Source: Candidatus Poribacteria bacterium (GTDB lineage: Bacteria; Poribacteria; WGA-4E; WGA-3G). From it: 64,000 nt of DNA. Position numbers and translations under genes: made by a program. Positions 49,967 through 59,089 of the stretch are shown here, in pieces; position 1 is the first letter of the stretch; each line of letters begins with the position of its first letter. The notes under the pieces were generated by a model. It saw nothing but the letters and a program-made list of their open reading frames with translations, did not search any database and was not told the origin of the DNA. The stretch lies in contig OZ243938.1 in NCBI GenBank assembly GCA_965214095.1, positions 512,001 to 576,000 of the forward strand, read 5' to 3'.

Positions 49967-50075
49967 TACAAAAGTTTTTGACATCTGCCAAAAGTGCAGC
50001 TAGTATGTTTTATATTGGACTCATCAATGCATCAATCAGAAAAGATACACATTCAGTGTGAATGTTACCCACATA

Positions 50076-50786
50076 ATGGAATATAGAGAACTACACACTT
50101 GGAATGTTACAACTGATGAAGCACGACAAATTCAAAATGAGTTATGTCATCAGATAGTCCAGATAAACCGGTTTGATGAAATCAGGACAGTCGCTGGTGT
50201 GGATATCGGCATCAGAAACGAGATCGCAACAGCATCAGTGGTCGTCCTCAACCTACCTGATCTACAAGTTGTAGATGGAGTAGTTGCTGAAAGTCGTATA
50301 GATTTCCCGTATATACCGGGATATTTATCTTTTCGCGAAATACCACCACTTCTGGTGGCTTTCGCGCGCCTACAGACAGAACCGGATTTAGTTATCGTAG
50401 ATGGTCAAGGAATCGCACATCCAAGAAGATTTGGACTTGCATCCCACTTAGGACTGATATTAGATAAGCCTACGATTGGATGTGCTAAATCTCGTTTGTG
50501 CGGACAATATACTGAACCTGATAAAGAAAAAGGATCATGGTCCTACCTTTTAGATAATGGCGATGTCCTTGGAATCGCATTAAGAACGCGGACAAATGTC
50601 AGTTGTGTCTATGCATCTGTCGGTCATCTAATTTCACTGGAAACAGCACGAGAGATAACCTTGACGTGCTGCCCAAAATACCGCTTACCCGAAACGACTC
50701 GGCTTGCACATCAAGCTGCAACTGGTACAATCCCCGATGGTGTCACATTTGTTGAATTGGATAGTAAACCCATCATAAAACACTAG
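50076..50786 (+). CDS. nfi: Endonuclease V
   Basis: AGVD, FPYIPGYLSFRE, VDGQGIAHPRRFGLASH, GCAKS and YRLPETTR motifs. Confidence 0.95.
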   Translation: MEYRELHTWNVTTDEARQIQNELCHQIVQINRFDEIRTVAGVDIGIRNEIATASVVVLNLPDLQVVDGVVAESRIDFPYIPGYLSFREIPPLLVAFARLQTEPDLVIVDGQGIAHPRRFGLASHLGLILDKPTIGCAKSRLCGQYTEPDKEKGSWSYLLDNGDVLGIALRTRTNVSCVYASVGHLISLETAREITLTCCPKYRLPETTRLAHQAATGTIPDGVTFVELDSKPIIKH

Positions 50787-50851
50787 ACTCACAGTAATAA
50801 TAAACATCATAAACTAACCACCATTCACTCTTTCCTAACAGACATAATAAA

Positions 50852-51649
50852 ATGAACGATAGGATACAACCCCTACATTGGTCGTTTAACTACAATCATG
50901 GTGCACAGAAACCCTATTATGCCGAGGAATTCCTCAAACTTCTTCATGAACTCCAGATAAATACACAAAATGATGACTATAGCGATGAACACCCAGAATA
51001 TATAAAACAAGTTTATGAGATCTTACCGAATTTCTGGAACGGATATTGTAGAACAAGTGAAGCATTAGCGATAGGAAATGTTGTTATAGAACGGAAACAT
51101 GAGAACAGTCATAATTGGTATTATAATGTTCACTACCAAAATACTTCAAGTGGAGAGAATATAAGATTCAATTTCCGTTGTCGTGATGATGCTTACCGTT
51201 CGCTTCTCGGCAGCTGGCAAGTTGATGTACAGAATAAGTCTGGAGATAGATATTCCAAAATTGAATTGAATGGAAATCTCATTTCTGATACCGAAATTCA
51301 ACTATACATCAATGATATTCAAATTGCTGCAGGAACTGTAGATAATTCCTCACCACTAACATGTAATTGGGCTTTGTACGATGTTATACCATCAATACTA
51401 AGTGACAACAGACAATTAGGTTTTTCTGTTGAGATCGCATTGCTTGATGACCTTGAACATCTTAGACAAAAATGCAATCTTGGTTTTCTCAATTCAATAC
51501 AAGAACCGTTACCGCTTGATGGATATTTCCTTTATGGAGAGGGACTCTTACCATCATATTGGTGGATAGATGCTAACCAAACCGTAGTTATCGTATCTAC
51601 TGTCTTTGAGACTTTGGTGTTAAAAGAGATTACAGGAGGTGTATCATGA
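50852..51649 (+). CDS. Hypothetical protein
   Basis: 265-aa ORF coupled to the sulfatase by an ATGA overlap. Confidence 0.7.
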   Translation: MNDRIQPLHWSFNYNHGAQKPYYAEEFLKLLHELQINTQNDDYSDEHPEYIKQVYEILPNFWNGYCRTSEALAIGNVVIERKHENSHNWYYNVHYQNTSSGENIRFNFRCRDDAYRSLLGSWQVDVQNKSGDRYSKIELNGNLISDTEIQLYINDIQIAAGTVDNSSPLTCNWALYDVIPSILSDNRQLGFSVEIALLDDLEHLRQKCNLGFLNSIQEPLPLDGYFLYGEGLLPSYWWIDANQTVVIVSTVFETLVLKEITGGVS

Positions 51650-53070
51650 ACGAACACCCAAACATTCTCTTTATCAACACTGACCAACACACTTGGGATG
51701 CAATATCCGCCTATGGAAATCCGTATCTTAATACTCCGAATATTGACCTACTCCACCAGAACGGAACTTCTTTTAGGAAATCCTACTGTACCGATCCTGT
51801 CTGTGCTGCTGCACGATCAAGTTGGGCAACTGGACTATACACATCGGAAACTGGTGTGCCTTTCAACGGCGGACAACTACATCCCGATATTCCTGATATC
51901 GGACAGCTACTTAGTAGCAACGGTTATAAGGCTTTCCATTGTGGTAAATGGCATGTACCAGGTAGAAATGTCCGCGATAGTTTTGAAGTCCTGTATTACG
52001 GAAACCGAAATATAGGTGCTGGTGGTGCTGCATATTACGATTCAGCGGCAACACATGCAGTCGCTGATTTCCTTACGAATTATGATGGCAAAGAACCTTT
52101 CTATCTGCAAATCGGATACATTGACCCTCATGATGTATGTGAATATTTACACAACCATGAGGAAAAACATATACCGAATCCATTAGAACAAGGAATACTT
52201 ACTGAAGACGATTTACCGCCATTACCGGAAAACTTCAACTATGATGAACGAGAAACTGTCCTACATCGTGTCTGTAGGAGGATTGATGGGGCACTGATCC
52301 ATGACAGAATCTTGCAAGCAGTCAAGAACTGGGATGAATATCATTGGCGATATTTCAGATGGAACTATTATAAATTTATTGAGAAAGTTGATGCCGAAAT
52401 TGGGAGAACACTTTCACTGTTAAGACAAACTCCTTTCTACGATAATACGGTGATTATCTTTAGCACTGACCACGGCGAAGCATCAGGAAGTCATCAAGGA
52501 TTCCAGAAATTCGCGCTATATGAAGAAGAAGTACATGTACCTTTTATCATCTCATGTTTAGGTGAAGGAGTACCGGTTCAGAAAGAACATTTAGATGAGA
52601 AGTATTTTGTCTCTGGAGTGGACATATTTCCAACCATCTGTGACTATGCCGGTATTGATATTCCTGAAACGTGTCAAGGAATGAGTCTCCGTCCGTTAGC
52701 AGAAGGCGAAGATATTCCTTGGCGGGAATATGCTTACATTGAAAGTAATTATTGGGGACGCTCAATTGTCACTGATGCCTACAAATACATTACTGAATAT
52801 AAGCCAAAAGATATAGAAGACTTCATACCACCCGGTCCAGATTCTGAACAACTTGGTCTTGTGCAGCTGTTTGATAGAAACAAAGATCCTTATGAAACTT
52901 TCAATCTCGTTGATTCACCAGAACATCAGAACGTTATTAATGCTTGTAGAGATAAACTCATTGAACAAGAAAATCGTCTTAATAGACGAGAAATTGTCCA
53001 GCAGAATCCGAAGAGAACTATAACAAATTGGGGTAATCGCCTCCGTGAGTATTGGATACACGGAAGGTAA
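51646..53070 (+). CDS. Sulfatase-like hydrolase
   Basis: PNILFINTDQ, CAAARSSWATG, GKWH, DPHD, STDHG and DPYETFNL motifs. Confidence 0.92.
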   Translation: MNEHPNILFINTDQHTWDAISAYGNPYLNTPNIDLLHQNGTSFRKSYCTDPVCAAARSSWATGLYTSETGVPFNGGQLHPDIPDIGQLLSSNGYKAFHCGKWHVPGRNVRDSFEVLYYGNRNIGAGGAAYYDSAATHAVADFLTNYDGKEPFYLQIGYIDPHDVCEYLHNHEEKHIPNPLEQGILTEDDLPPLPENFNYDERETVLHRVCRRIDGALIHDRILQAVKNWDEYHWRYFRWNYYKFIEKVDAEIGRTLSLLRQTPFYDNTVIIFSTDHGEASGSHQGFQKFALYEEEVHVPFIISCLGEGVPVQKEHLDEKYFVSGVDIFPTICDYAGIDIPETCQGMSLRPLAEGEDIPWREYAYIESNYWGRSIVTDAYKYITEYKPKDIEDFIPPGPDSEQLGLVQLFDRNKDPYETFNLVDSPEHQNVINACRDKLIEQENRLNRREIVQQNPKRTITNWGNRLREYWIHGR

Positions 53071-53082
53071 AACATAAATCAT

Positions 53083-53185
53083 TATAGCGAATTATAAATA
53101 TAAGTTGACACTTTCGACCCACGGTAGGCGAGGTTTCCTAACCTCGCCTACGCAGAGTGTTCAAGTAATTTCAAAATCTACTATA
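53083..53185. mobile_element. Family C MITE-like element, copy 3
   Basis: TATAGCGAATT...AATCTACTATA, 103 bp. Confidence 0.85.
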
Positions 53186-53209
53186 ACACAAAATTCAGGA
53201 TAGAAGCAG

Positions 53210-54385
53210 ATGAATATTTTTTCAAAAAGGTTAAATCGTCTACCACCATACATGTTTGGTAAACTCAAGCAATTGACTTATGAAAGACGGCAACAGGGAA
53301 TAGATGTTATCGATTTAGGGATGGGCAATCCGAATCAACCCACCCCGCAACCTATAATTGATAAACTCACAGATGCAGCCCAAGAACTGAGAAATCACCG
53401 TTATTCTGCATCTCGTGGGATATACAATTTTCGTAGAGAAGTGAGTTGGCACTATGAACGTAGGTACAATGTAGATATTGATCCAAATGAAGAAGCAATT
53501 TCTGTCATCGGGACAAAGGAAGGTTTTGGACACCTTGCTTTAGCATTGATTGATGAGGGCGACCTGGCGATGGTGCCTAACCCGACATTTCCTATTCACA
53601 TGTATAGTATCGTTCTTGCAGGTGGTAGTGTTGTCAGTATCCCATTGTCTGAAGAGAATGATTTTGTGCCTTCTCTTGAAGAGATAACTCGGGATATATG
53701 GCCAAGACCGAAGGTGTTGATATTGAGCTTTCCCCACAATCCAACTGGTGCTGTCGTGGAATTAGATTTCTTTGAAGAAGTCGTTCATTTTGCAAAACAG
53801 CAAGATATGATAGTCATACATGATTTAGCGTACGCTGATATTGTGTTTGATGGGTACCAAGCACCGAGTTTCTTGCAAGCAAAAGGTGCGAAAGATGTTG
53901 GCGTAGAGTTTATTTCTCTTTCCAAATCGTATAACATGGCAGGGTGGCGTTGCGGATTCGCTGCCGGAAACAGAGACATTATTGAGGCACTCGCAAGAAT
54001 TAAAGGCTATTACGATTACGGTATCTTTGCTCCCATTCAGGTTGCTGCAATCATGGCTCTCCGCACACCAGAAGATGTCGTTGCAGAAAACGCAGATATA
54101 TACCGCAAACGGCGAGATGTGCTTGTTGAAGGACTAAACCGTATGGGATGGAAAGTGTCAAAACCGCAAGCTTCTATGTTTGTCTGGGCACCAATCCCTG
54201 AAACCTGGAAACACCTTAACTCATTGGATTTTTCCATGAAACTCCTGAATGAAGCGGAGGTATGCGTTTCACCGGGGGCTGGTTTTGGACACAACGGTGA
54301 AGGATATATCCGTATTGCACTTGTAGAAAATGAGGATAGAATTCGACAAGCATTGCGCCAAATTCGCAGGGCATTGTTTGGATAA
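53210..54385 (+). CDS. Class I/II PLP aminotransferase (AlaC/LL-DAP aminotransferase-like)
   Basis: DLGMGNP, FPHNPTG, HDLAY and SLSKSYNMAGWR motifs. Confidence 0.92.
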   Translation: MNIFSKRLNRLPPYMFGKLKQLTYERRQQGIDVIDLGMGNPNQPTPQPIIDKLTDAAQELRNHRYSASRGIYNFRREVSWHYERRYNVDIDPNEEAISVIGTKEGFGHLALALIDEGDLAMVPNPTFPIHMYSIVLAGGSVVSIPLSEENDFVPSLEEITRDIWPRPKVLILSFPHNPTGAVVELDFFEEVVHFAKQQDMIVIHDLAYADIVFDGYQAPSFLQAKGAKDVGVEFISLSKSYNMAGWRCGFAAGNRDIIEALARIKGYYDYGIFAPIQVAAIMALRTPEDVVAENADIYRKRRDVLVEGLNRMGWKVSKPQASMFVWAPIPETWKHLNSLDFSMKLLNEAEVCVSPGAGFGHNGEGYIRIALVENEDRIRQALRQIRRALFG

Positions 54386-54395
54386 CGATTAATCA

Positions 54396-54464
54396 ATATG
54401 TATACAAAGTATACATATCAGTCGGGATATGTATAGAAAATGCGAAAAAGTATACATATCCGAC
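54396..54464. repeat. Two related palindromes between convergent genes
   Basis: ATATGTATAC-AAA-GTATACATAT and GTCGG(G)ATATGTATA...TATACATATCCGAC. Confidence 0.6.
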
Positions 54465-54487
54465 CAAAGATTATAGAAATTGCCTTG

Positions 54488-54577
54488 TACCAAATTAACC
54501 TAAATCGTAGGGGCAGGGTTCCCCTGCCCGCCCGTGTTTTCAGCATCAAAAACAATACAGATCTCGTTAATTTGGTA
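54488..54577. mobile_element. 90-bp TIR element with a single REP
   Basis: Perfect 12-bp TIR TACCAAATTAAC...GTTAATTTGGTA; GTAGGGGCAGGGTTCCCCTGCCC at 54507-54529. Confidence 0.75.
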
Positions 54578-54605
54578 TTAGAACTCTACCGTATAAAGGC
54601 TAATT

Positions 54606-55508
54606 CTATTCCAATCCCCACTGTTTCTTCGCTTCTTCAAATGAAATCTTCTGACCGCCAGTATGGGATATTGGATTTTTACCCACCCAACGCTCATCAA
54701 TCGGGTGTTCAGCGGGTTGAAATCGGATGTCACAACTGATACGCCACCGATCTGATAGATTCTTCGTTGAGGTGTGCATCGTGTGCATCGTAAAGACGAT
54801 TATATCACCCATCTCAAAATCTGTCGTTTTCCATTCTCCTCCATACTTATCACTGATTGCCATAGGATCTCTACCAAAATGTCCTGGTGTGCCATCCTTA
54901 TCCACATCGGTTTTGCCATAAGTGTTACGCACAGGTGCAAAACTATCCAAACGATGTGAACCTTCAAGCAAAGTGAGTGTACCCATCGTCGCAGGCACAT
55001 CCCCGAAGGGAATCCAGCAGGTGTGTAACTGCTTTGAACCTCTTCCCATATAGACAAAATCAAAATGCGGACCAGACCAACCATCAGGTCGGACAAAACG
55101 TAGCCACTTGTAGTCAAACGTACGTGTCTCACCTTCAAAGAAATTGCGGAAGAACGCAAAAAGTTCATCACCTTCCAAAACAGAAAGTACATCTGGATGA
55201 TGTGTAACAGCAGGTGCACCCATCGTACGTCCCGGACTACCTGAACCAGCAATTGCATCCATCATATCAGTTCCCGGTTTGAATACTTCATCTTTCCCAT
55301 TTCCTTCTGCATATTCAAGAATAGCGCGTCGTGCTGCATTAACCTTATCCTTATCAATTAAGCCCCGAACGAGTAAATACCCATCTTCTGCTATTTGTTG
55401 ATGCAGTCCTTCTGCGGAATCAAGCACGTCGTTGCAATCCCGCAATACACCAAGGTGTGGTCCAGGAAAGGATACCTCGTGATCTCCGACAAATACGGTT
55501 TCAGCCAT
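54606..55508 (-). CDS. Phytanoyl-CoA dioxygenase (PhyH) family protein
   Basis: DGYLLVRG, HFD (HxD), CWIPF, EGSH and H...RISCDIRFQ motifs. Confidence 0.9.
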   Translation of the reverse strand: MAETVFVGDHEVSFPGPHLGVLRDCNDVLDSAEGLHQQIAEDGYLLVRGLIDKDKVNAARRAILEYAEGNGKDEVFKPGTDMMDAIAGSGSPGRTMGAPAVTHHPDVLSVLEGDELFAFFRNFFEGETRTFDYKWLRFVRPDGWSGPHFDFVYMGRGSKQLHTCWIPFGDVPATMGTLTLLEGSHRLDSFAPVRNTYGKTDVDKDGTPGHFGRDPMAISDKYGGEWKTTDFEMGDIIVFTMHTMHTSTKNLSDRWRISCDIRFQPAEHPIDERWVGKNPISHTGGQKISFEEAKKQWGLE

Positions 55509-56148
55509 TGTTTTCCTCCGAATAGGGTTTTACCCCAAGTTGTAAAAGTGCTTTGTTATACGATGAATCAAAGGTGTAAACTGGTTTTCTCCATTTCAAT
55601 ATTGTATGTGCAAATTCTAAGGTCTTACTACCTTCAGCAGCATGTGCAATCAATACCTTATTTGCTAAAGCAGCGACAAATGCATTGCGTTTACTTGCCA
55701 ATTGAGCATTTTGCTTCGGTCTGTTTTCAAAAATGGATACAATCAGTAACCTGTCTTCTGCTAAAGGCTTTATCCATTCTTGTTTTATACGCATATTTTC
55801 AATACTTCGTGCTGGACTAATAATAATCGGTTGTGAACCACGAAGCAACACTCGTAAACATTCCTTTTCAATAGGTGAATGAAACCCACCGATTGTTGGT
55901 ATACCTTTATTTTTGAACTCCTGTGCTAAGTCGTGTGCCTTTAGTATAATCTCTCCAGGACATTTGCTGGAACAGAATATTGCCCACAGAACTCCTTCGT
56001 CGGCATCGTTTCGTCTACATGTCAGCAGATCTAAATCCCCACGCGTCCATATCGTTTCTGGAGTATCGGCATTTAAATATACCTTTATTGAAGATGGATA
56101 GTTTTTGTCTGTTTGCGTAATGTGTTGAATTTGCGGTGTCGCTTCCAA
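55501..56148 (-). CDS. Short DprA/SMF-like (SLOG fold) protein
   Basis: YPSSI...RGD, GGFHSPIE, RNAFVAALA and AEGSKT motifs. Confidence 0.75.
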   Translation of the reverse strand: MEATPQIQHITQTDKNYPSSIKVYLNADTPETIWTRGDLDLLTCRRNDADEGVLWAIFCSSKCPGEIILKAHDLAQEFKNKGIPTIGGFHSPIEKECLRVLLRGSQPIIISPARSIENMRIKQEWIKPLAEDRLLIVSIFENRPKQNAQLASKRNAFVAALANKVLIAHAAEGSKTLEFAHTILKWRKPVYTFDSSYNKALLQLGVKPYSEENNG

Positions 56149-56172
56149 AGTTAATAATTTATTATGCGGTAT

Positions 56173-56208
56173 TTAATCGTTCACTTAATCGTTCACTTAA
56201 TCGTTCAC
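56173..56208. repeat. 3 x 12-bp tandem repeat TTAATCGTTCAC
   Basis: Perfect units at 56173, 56185 and 56197. Confidence 0.9.
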
Positions 56209-56261
56209 TTTTCCGATAAATCCATTTATATCCTTTCTATTAGAAAGCAGTGAACGCCTAT

Positions 56262-56364
56262 TATAGTAAATTATGAATAAAAGTTGACACTTTCACCCCA
56301 CGGTAGGCGAGGTTTCCTAACCTCGTCGATGCAGAGTGTTCAAGTAATTCCAAAATCTACTATA
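56262..56364. mobile_element. Family C MITE-like element, copy 4
   Basis: TATAGTAAATT...AATCTACTATA, 103 bp. Confidence 0.85.
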
Positions 56365-56393
56365 TACAAGTATTTATGGAGAATATCAGTTGC

Positions 56394-56429
56394 CTAATCG
56401 CTTACCTAATCGTTCACTTAATCGTTCAC
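56394..56429. repeat. 3 x 12-bp tandem repeat overlapping a stop codon
   Basis: CTAATCGCTTAC, CTAATCGTTCAC, TTAATCGTTCAC; the last unit encodes VND-stop of the upstream gene. Confidence 0.85.
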
Positions 56430-57815
56430 TTTCTTAATATATCTGGTTCCTCTACCTTTTCCTTCCACAGTTAATAATCCTTTATCCACCATATCCCTTA
56501 AGTCCTCATAAGCAATGCGAAATGAAATCTGGTTAATTTCTACGTATTCCTTTCTTGCAATCTGTCCATTCGTTTGTACATAGAACAACGCATTCTTTTG
56601 TCTATCATTTAATTGTTCCGAAATATCATCAATTTCTACAAAAGTCGTATCTTGGATCGGTGAATCAAAGATCACTTTGGTTTCAAGTGGGTGCAGCTCG
56701 TAACGTGGTTCTTTGTTTTTCCACTCTTTACACAATCTCTGCATCATTATAATGCCAGATCCGTACTTTTCAACGAAACCCACATCATACATCAATTGGC
56801 TCAATATAGGATTTACCGGTCTGTGGATTGGTTTATGTGGACTAACGTCTTCAGGAAAACTGCCAGGATTAATAACCTCAACTCGGTCATCAAAGATAAA
56901 AACTCGCACATCAGCAGGTTCTTGATAATTGCGATGAATTAATCCGTTGATAATTGCTTCCCGTAGTGCTTCAATTGGATACTCAAACTTATCGTCTCGT
57001 TGAAAACTTCTTGACCCTCGAAGACTGAGCAGTCGAATATTTCTTCTAATAAATTCCTCAGCAGCATTAACGATTTCCCAGAGTGTTCCTGAACAATCGA
57101 GTCTATCAATGACTGGGTGAGTTACCGATGTTCCCCTAAATTTGACTACCCGCAATTGTGCATTTTGGAAAAATCTTTGAGGATGTTTACCAAAAAAGAG
57201 AATTCCCGCATGAGTCGGTGTTTTTTCATCGTCAATACAATTAATATTCCTCAACAAGTCTGTCGTCCTCATGCTTTGTAATTGTGTTACATTCCGTCGC
57301 GTTTCTCTTTGAGTCAGGTACCATTGGATCTTTTGTTCATCTATATCGTCATTTCTGGCACTTGCGACTGAGAGTTGATCCCACGTTTGACCGACAGACT
57401 TGAGGTGCATCTGCGCAATCTCTTGTGGTGACATGACTCGGTTGCTATTCCCTACTCTCTTATAGCATATTCCTTTAGCAGAGACAGGTTTTATTGAAGA
57501 TTCTGTAATATGCACTAAAAGCACTGATTTTCCTTCTACGTCAACCGATTCAACTTCCAACATCACTCGCGGATCAATTGCTTGTGAAATCCAGTTCGCC
57601 GCATCTCTTAGTGTTTCTTTCCCGATGGTAATGCCAATAATTTTCCCAACATCAGAAACACCAACGAAAATAATACCAGTATTAGTATTCGCAAATGCAA
57701 CAGCGGTTTCAATTGCTTCTTGTCCAACCCGTTCTTTAAATTCGGTTGTGTTACCTTCACCTTGCTTAATGAGTTGTTTGAGTTCTGCTGTTTGCATAGT
57801 GTTGATAACTGCCAC
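56418..57815 (-). CDS. Schlafen/AlbA_2 domain + HATPase_c_4 + wHTH protein
   Basis: GEGNTTEFK, AFANT.TG.IFVGVSD, ALREAIINGLIHRNY, EVINPG, NPILS, EKYGSGI and GKGRGTRY motifs. Confidence 0.9.
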   Translation of the reverse strand: MAVINTMQTAELKQLIKQGEGNTTEFKERVGQEAIETAVAFANTNTGIIFVGVSDVGKIIGITIGKETLRDAANWISQAIDPRVMLEVESVDVEGKSVLLVHITESSIKPVSAKGICYKRVGNSNRVMSPQEIAQMHLKSVGQTWDQLSVASARNDDIDEQKIQWYLTQRETRRNVTQLQSMRTTDLLRNINCIDDEKTPTHAGILFFGKHPQRFFQNAQLRVVKFRGTSVTHPVIDRLDCSGTLWEIVNAAEEFIRRNIRLLSLRGSRSFQRDDKFEYPIEALREAIINGLIHRNYQEPADVRVFIFDDRVEVINPGSFPEDVSPHKPIHRPVNPILSQLMYDVGFVEKYGSGIIMMQRLCKEWKNKEPRYELHPLETKVIFDSPIQDTTFVEIDDISEQLNDRQKNALFYVQTNGQIARKEYVEINQISFRIAYEDLRDMVDKGLLTVEGKGRGTRYIKKVND

Positions 57816-57846
57816 TTACCTATTTTTCAAAGGGTTTCAGTAAAGG

Positions 57847-58281
57847 TCAAACAGTCCGTTCCTGTTTGAGTTTTTCTATCTCCTGCAGTAAGTTTTCAAT
57901 CTGCTTGTGTAGTGATTCTATTTGATGATCTTGTTTTTTGATGTTTTTTCCCTGCATTGCAACGATGATTTGGGGTATACCAACAACCGCAGCAATAAAT
58001 CCGACCAAAACGATAACTAACGTGAAAATATTGTCTAAACGTTTACCCATTTCAGTAATTGAAGCATTTACCGGACGAATTTCCTTTGCTATCTCTTGTG
58101 TGACATATTCTTTCATTCGCTTCTCAGTGGTATCTACATATTCTTTCATTCGCTTTTCAGATGCTTCAACTTCCTCTTTGACAACTAACCGAATCTTGTT
58201 CAGGTCCGCATCTATTAGTTGACTGTAAGCAGTTAAATTAAAGAACAATAGTCCAACGATCAAAGCCATCATTAATTTCAT
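57847..58281 (-). CDS. Hypothetical coiled-coil membrane protein with a signal peptide
   Basis: AAGGAG RBS; internal duplication EKRMKEYV x2; one TM helix. Confidence 0.75.
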   Translation of the reverse strand: MKLMMALIVGLLFFNLTAYSQLIDADLNKIRLVVKEEVEASEKRMKEYVDTTEKRMKEYVTQEIAKEIRPVNASITEMGKRLDNIFTLVIVLVGFIAAVVGIPQIIVAMQGKNIKKQDHQIESLHKQIENLLQEIEKLKQERTV

Positions 58282-58313
58282 TTACGTCTCCTTCAACATG
58301 TTGGTCATTTATT

Positions 58314-58513
58314 TTATTCTTCCCAAAAATTTTCAACAGGAAACGGTTTGCTGTGTCCTTTGTATATCAACTTAACCCGTATTGTCCCAATTCACGTGGT
58401 GGCGTGGTTATAGTAGCACCCCAATCAAGTAGACCTTCTTCGTGATATGAAAGAAAGGTGAAGTGTTGCTCCTGTTTGCCGTTAGTTGTGTTTGTGTGTT
58501 GTGGTGTTTTCAT
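58314..58513 (-). pseudogene. Possible frameshifted small gene
   Basis: AAGGAG + ATG 58513 gives MKTPQH...LLDWGATITTPPRE. A protein-like continuation GTIRVKLIYKGHSKPFPVENFWEE-stop lies in another frame; the span is 200 nt. Confidence 0.35.
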
Positions 58514-58542
58514 GAGATGTTTAAAACTCCTTGTTTACAATT

Positions 58543-58930
58543 TTAACAGAAGTTGTAGGTTAGTGCAACCACATTACAAAGGAAAGAATACACTCGGACA
58601 ATGGTCTTGAATCCCATACCATTGCAGGCACCAATTGCCAATTCTTGTTTTTGGTCTTGATACAGTAAAATGCTCTCTTCTTTAGGAAGGTACTTTCTTT
58701 CTTTTAACCGTTCCATCGTTGACCAAAGACTGTCTGTCGTCTTTAGTTTTTCTATGAGATGGTTAGCGCGGATAACTGGAATATCTGGAGATTGGACATT
58801 GCCATAGCCAATCCAATTCTCCGATACGACGGCTCCTTCATGTCCTGTGGTTGGTACCATAAACCATTTTAGTTCCAATAGCAAACAAGTTTTTTCTGAA
58901 TGACTTACAATGGCAAGATCAACTTCCTTT
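58543..58930 (-). pseudogene. Remnant of a PD-(D/E)xK-like gene
   Basis: In-frame EVDLAIVSHSEKTCLLLELKWF extends upstream of the track start with no start codon; apparent frameshift near the 3' end. Confidence 0.45.
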
Positions 58931-59031
58931 GAGGTATATTTAAGTGTCCCATTCTGTTTATTGGTTTTGATATTCTATCAAATATTGACACAGAGTGCAA
59001 CAATATAACCGATAGAAAAAACAAAAAGGCA

Positions 59032-59060
59032 TTGACAGCAAGGTGTATTTACAATAAAAT
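59032..59060 (+). promoter_or_regulatory. Sigma70-type promoter
   Basis: TTGACA-17 nt-TAAAAT upstream of ORF 59090. Confidence 0.6.
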
Positions 59061-59089
59061 TCTACAAAACCAATATAGGGAAAATCACT

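Noticed and set aside
49356-49971. Minus-strand ORFs of 100 and 84 aa
   Set aside because: AT-rich, no RBS or motifs; the second is antisense to a better-supported small ORF.
56151-56225. Minus-strand ATG frame with three in-frame TGA codons as a multi-Sec peptide
   Set aside because: The TGAs arise from the 12-bp repeat; there is no redox motif or SECIS-like hairpin, and the frame closes quickly.
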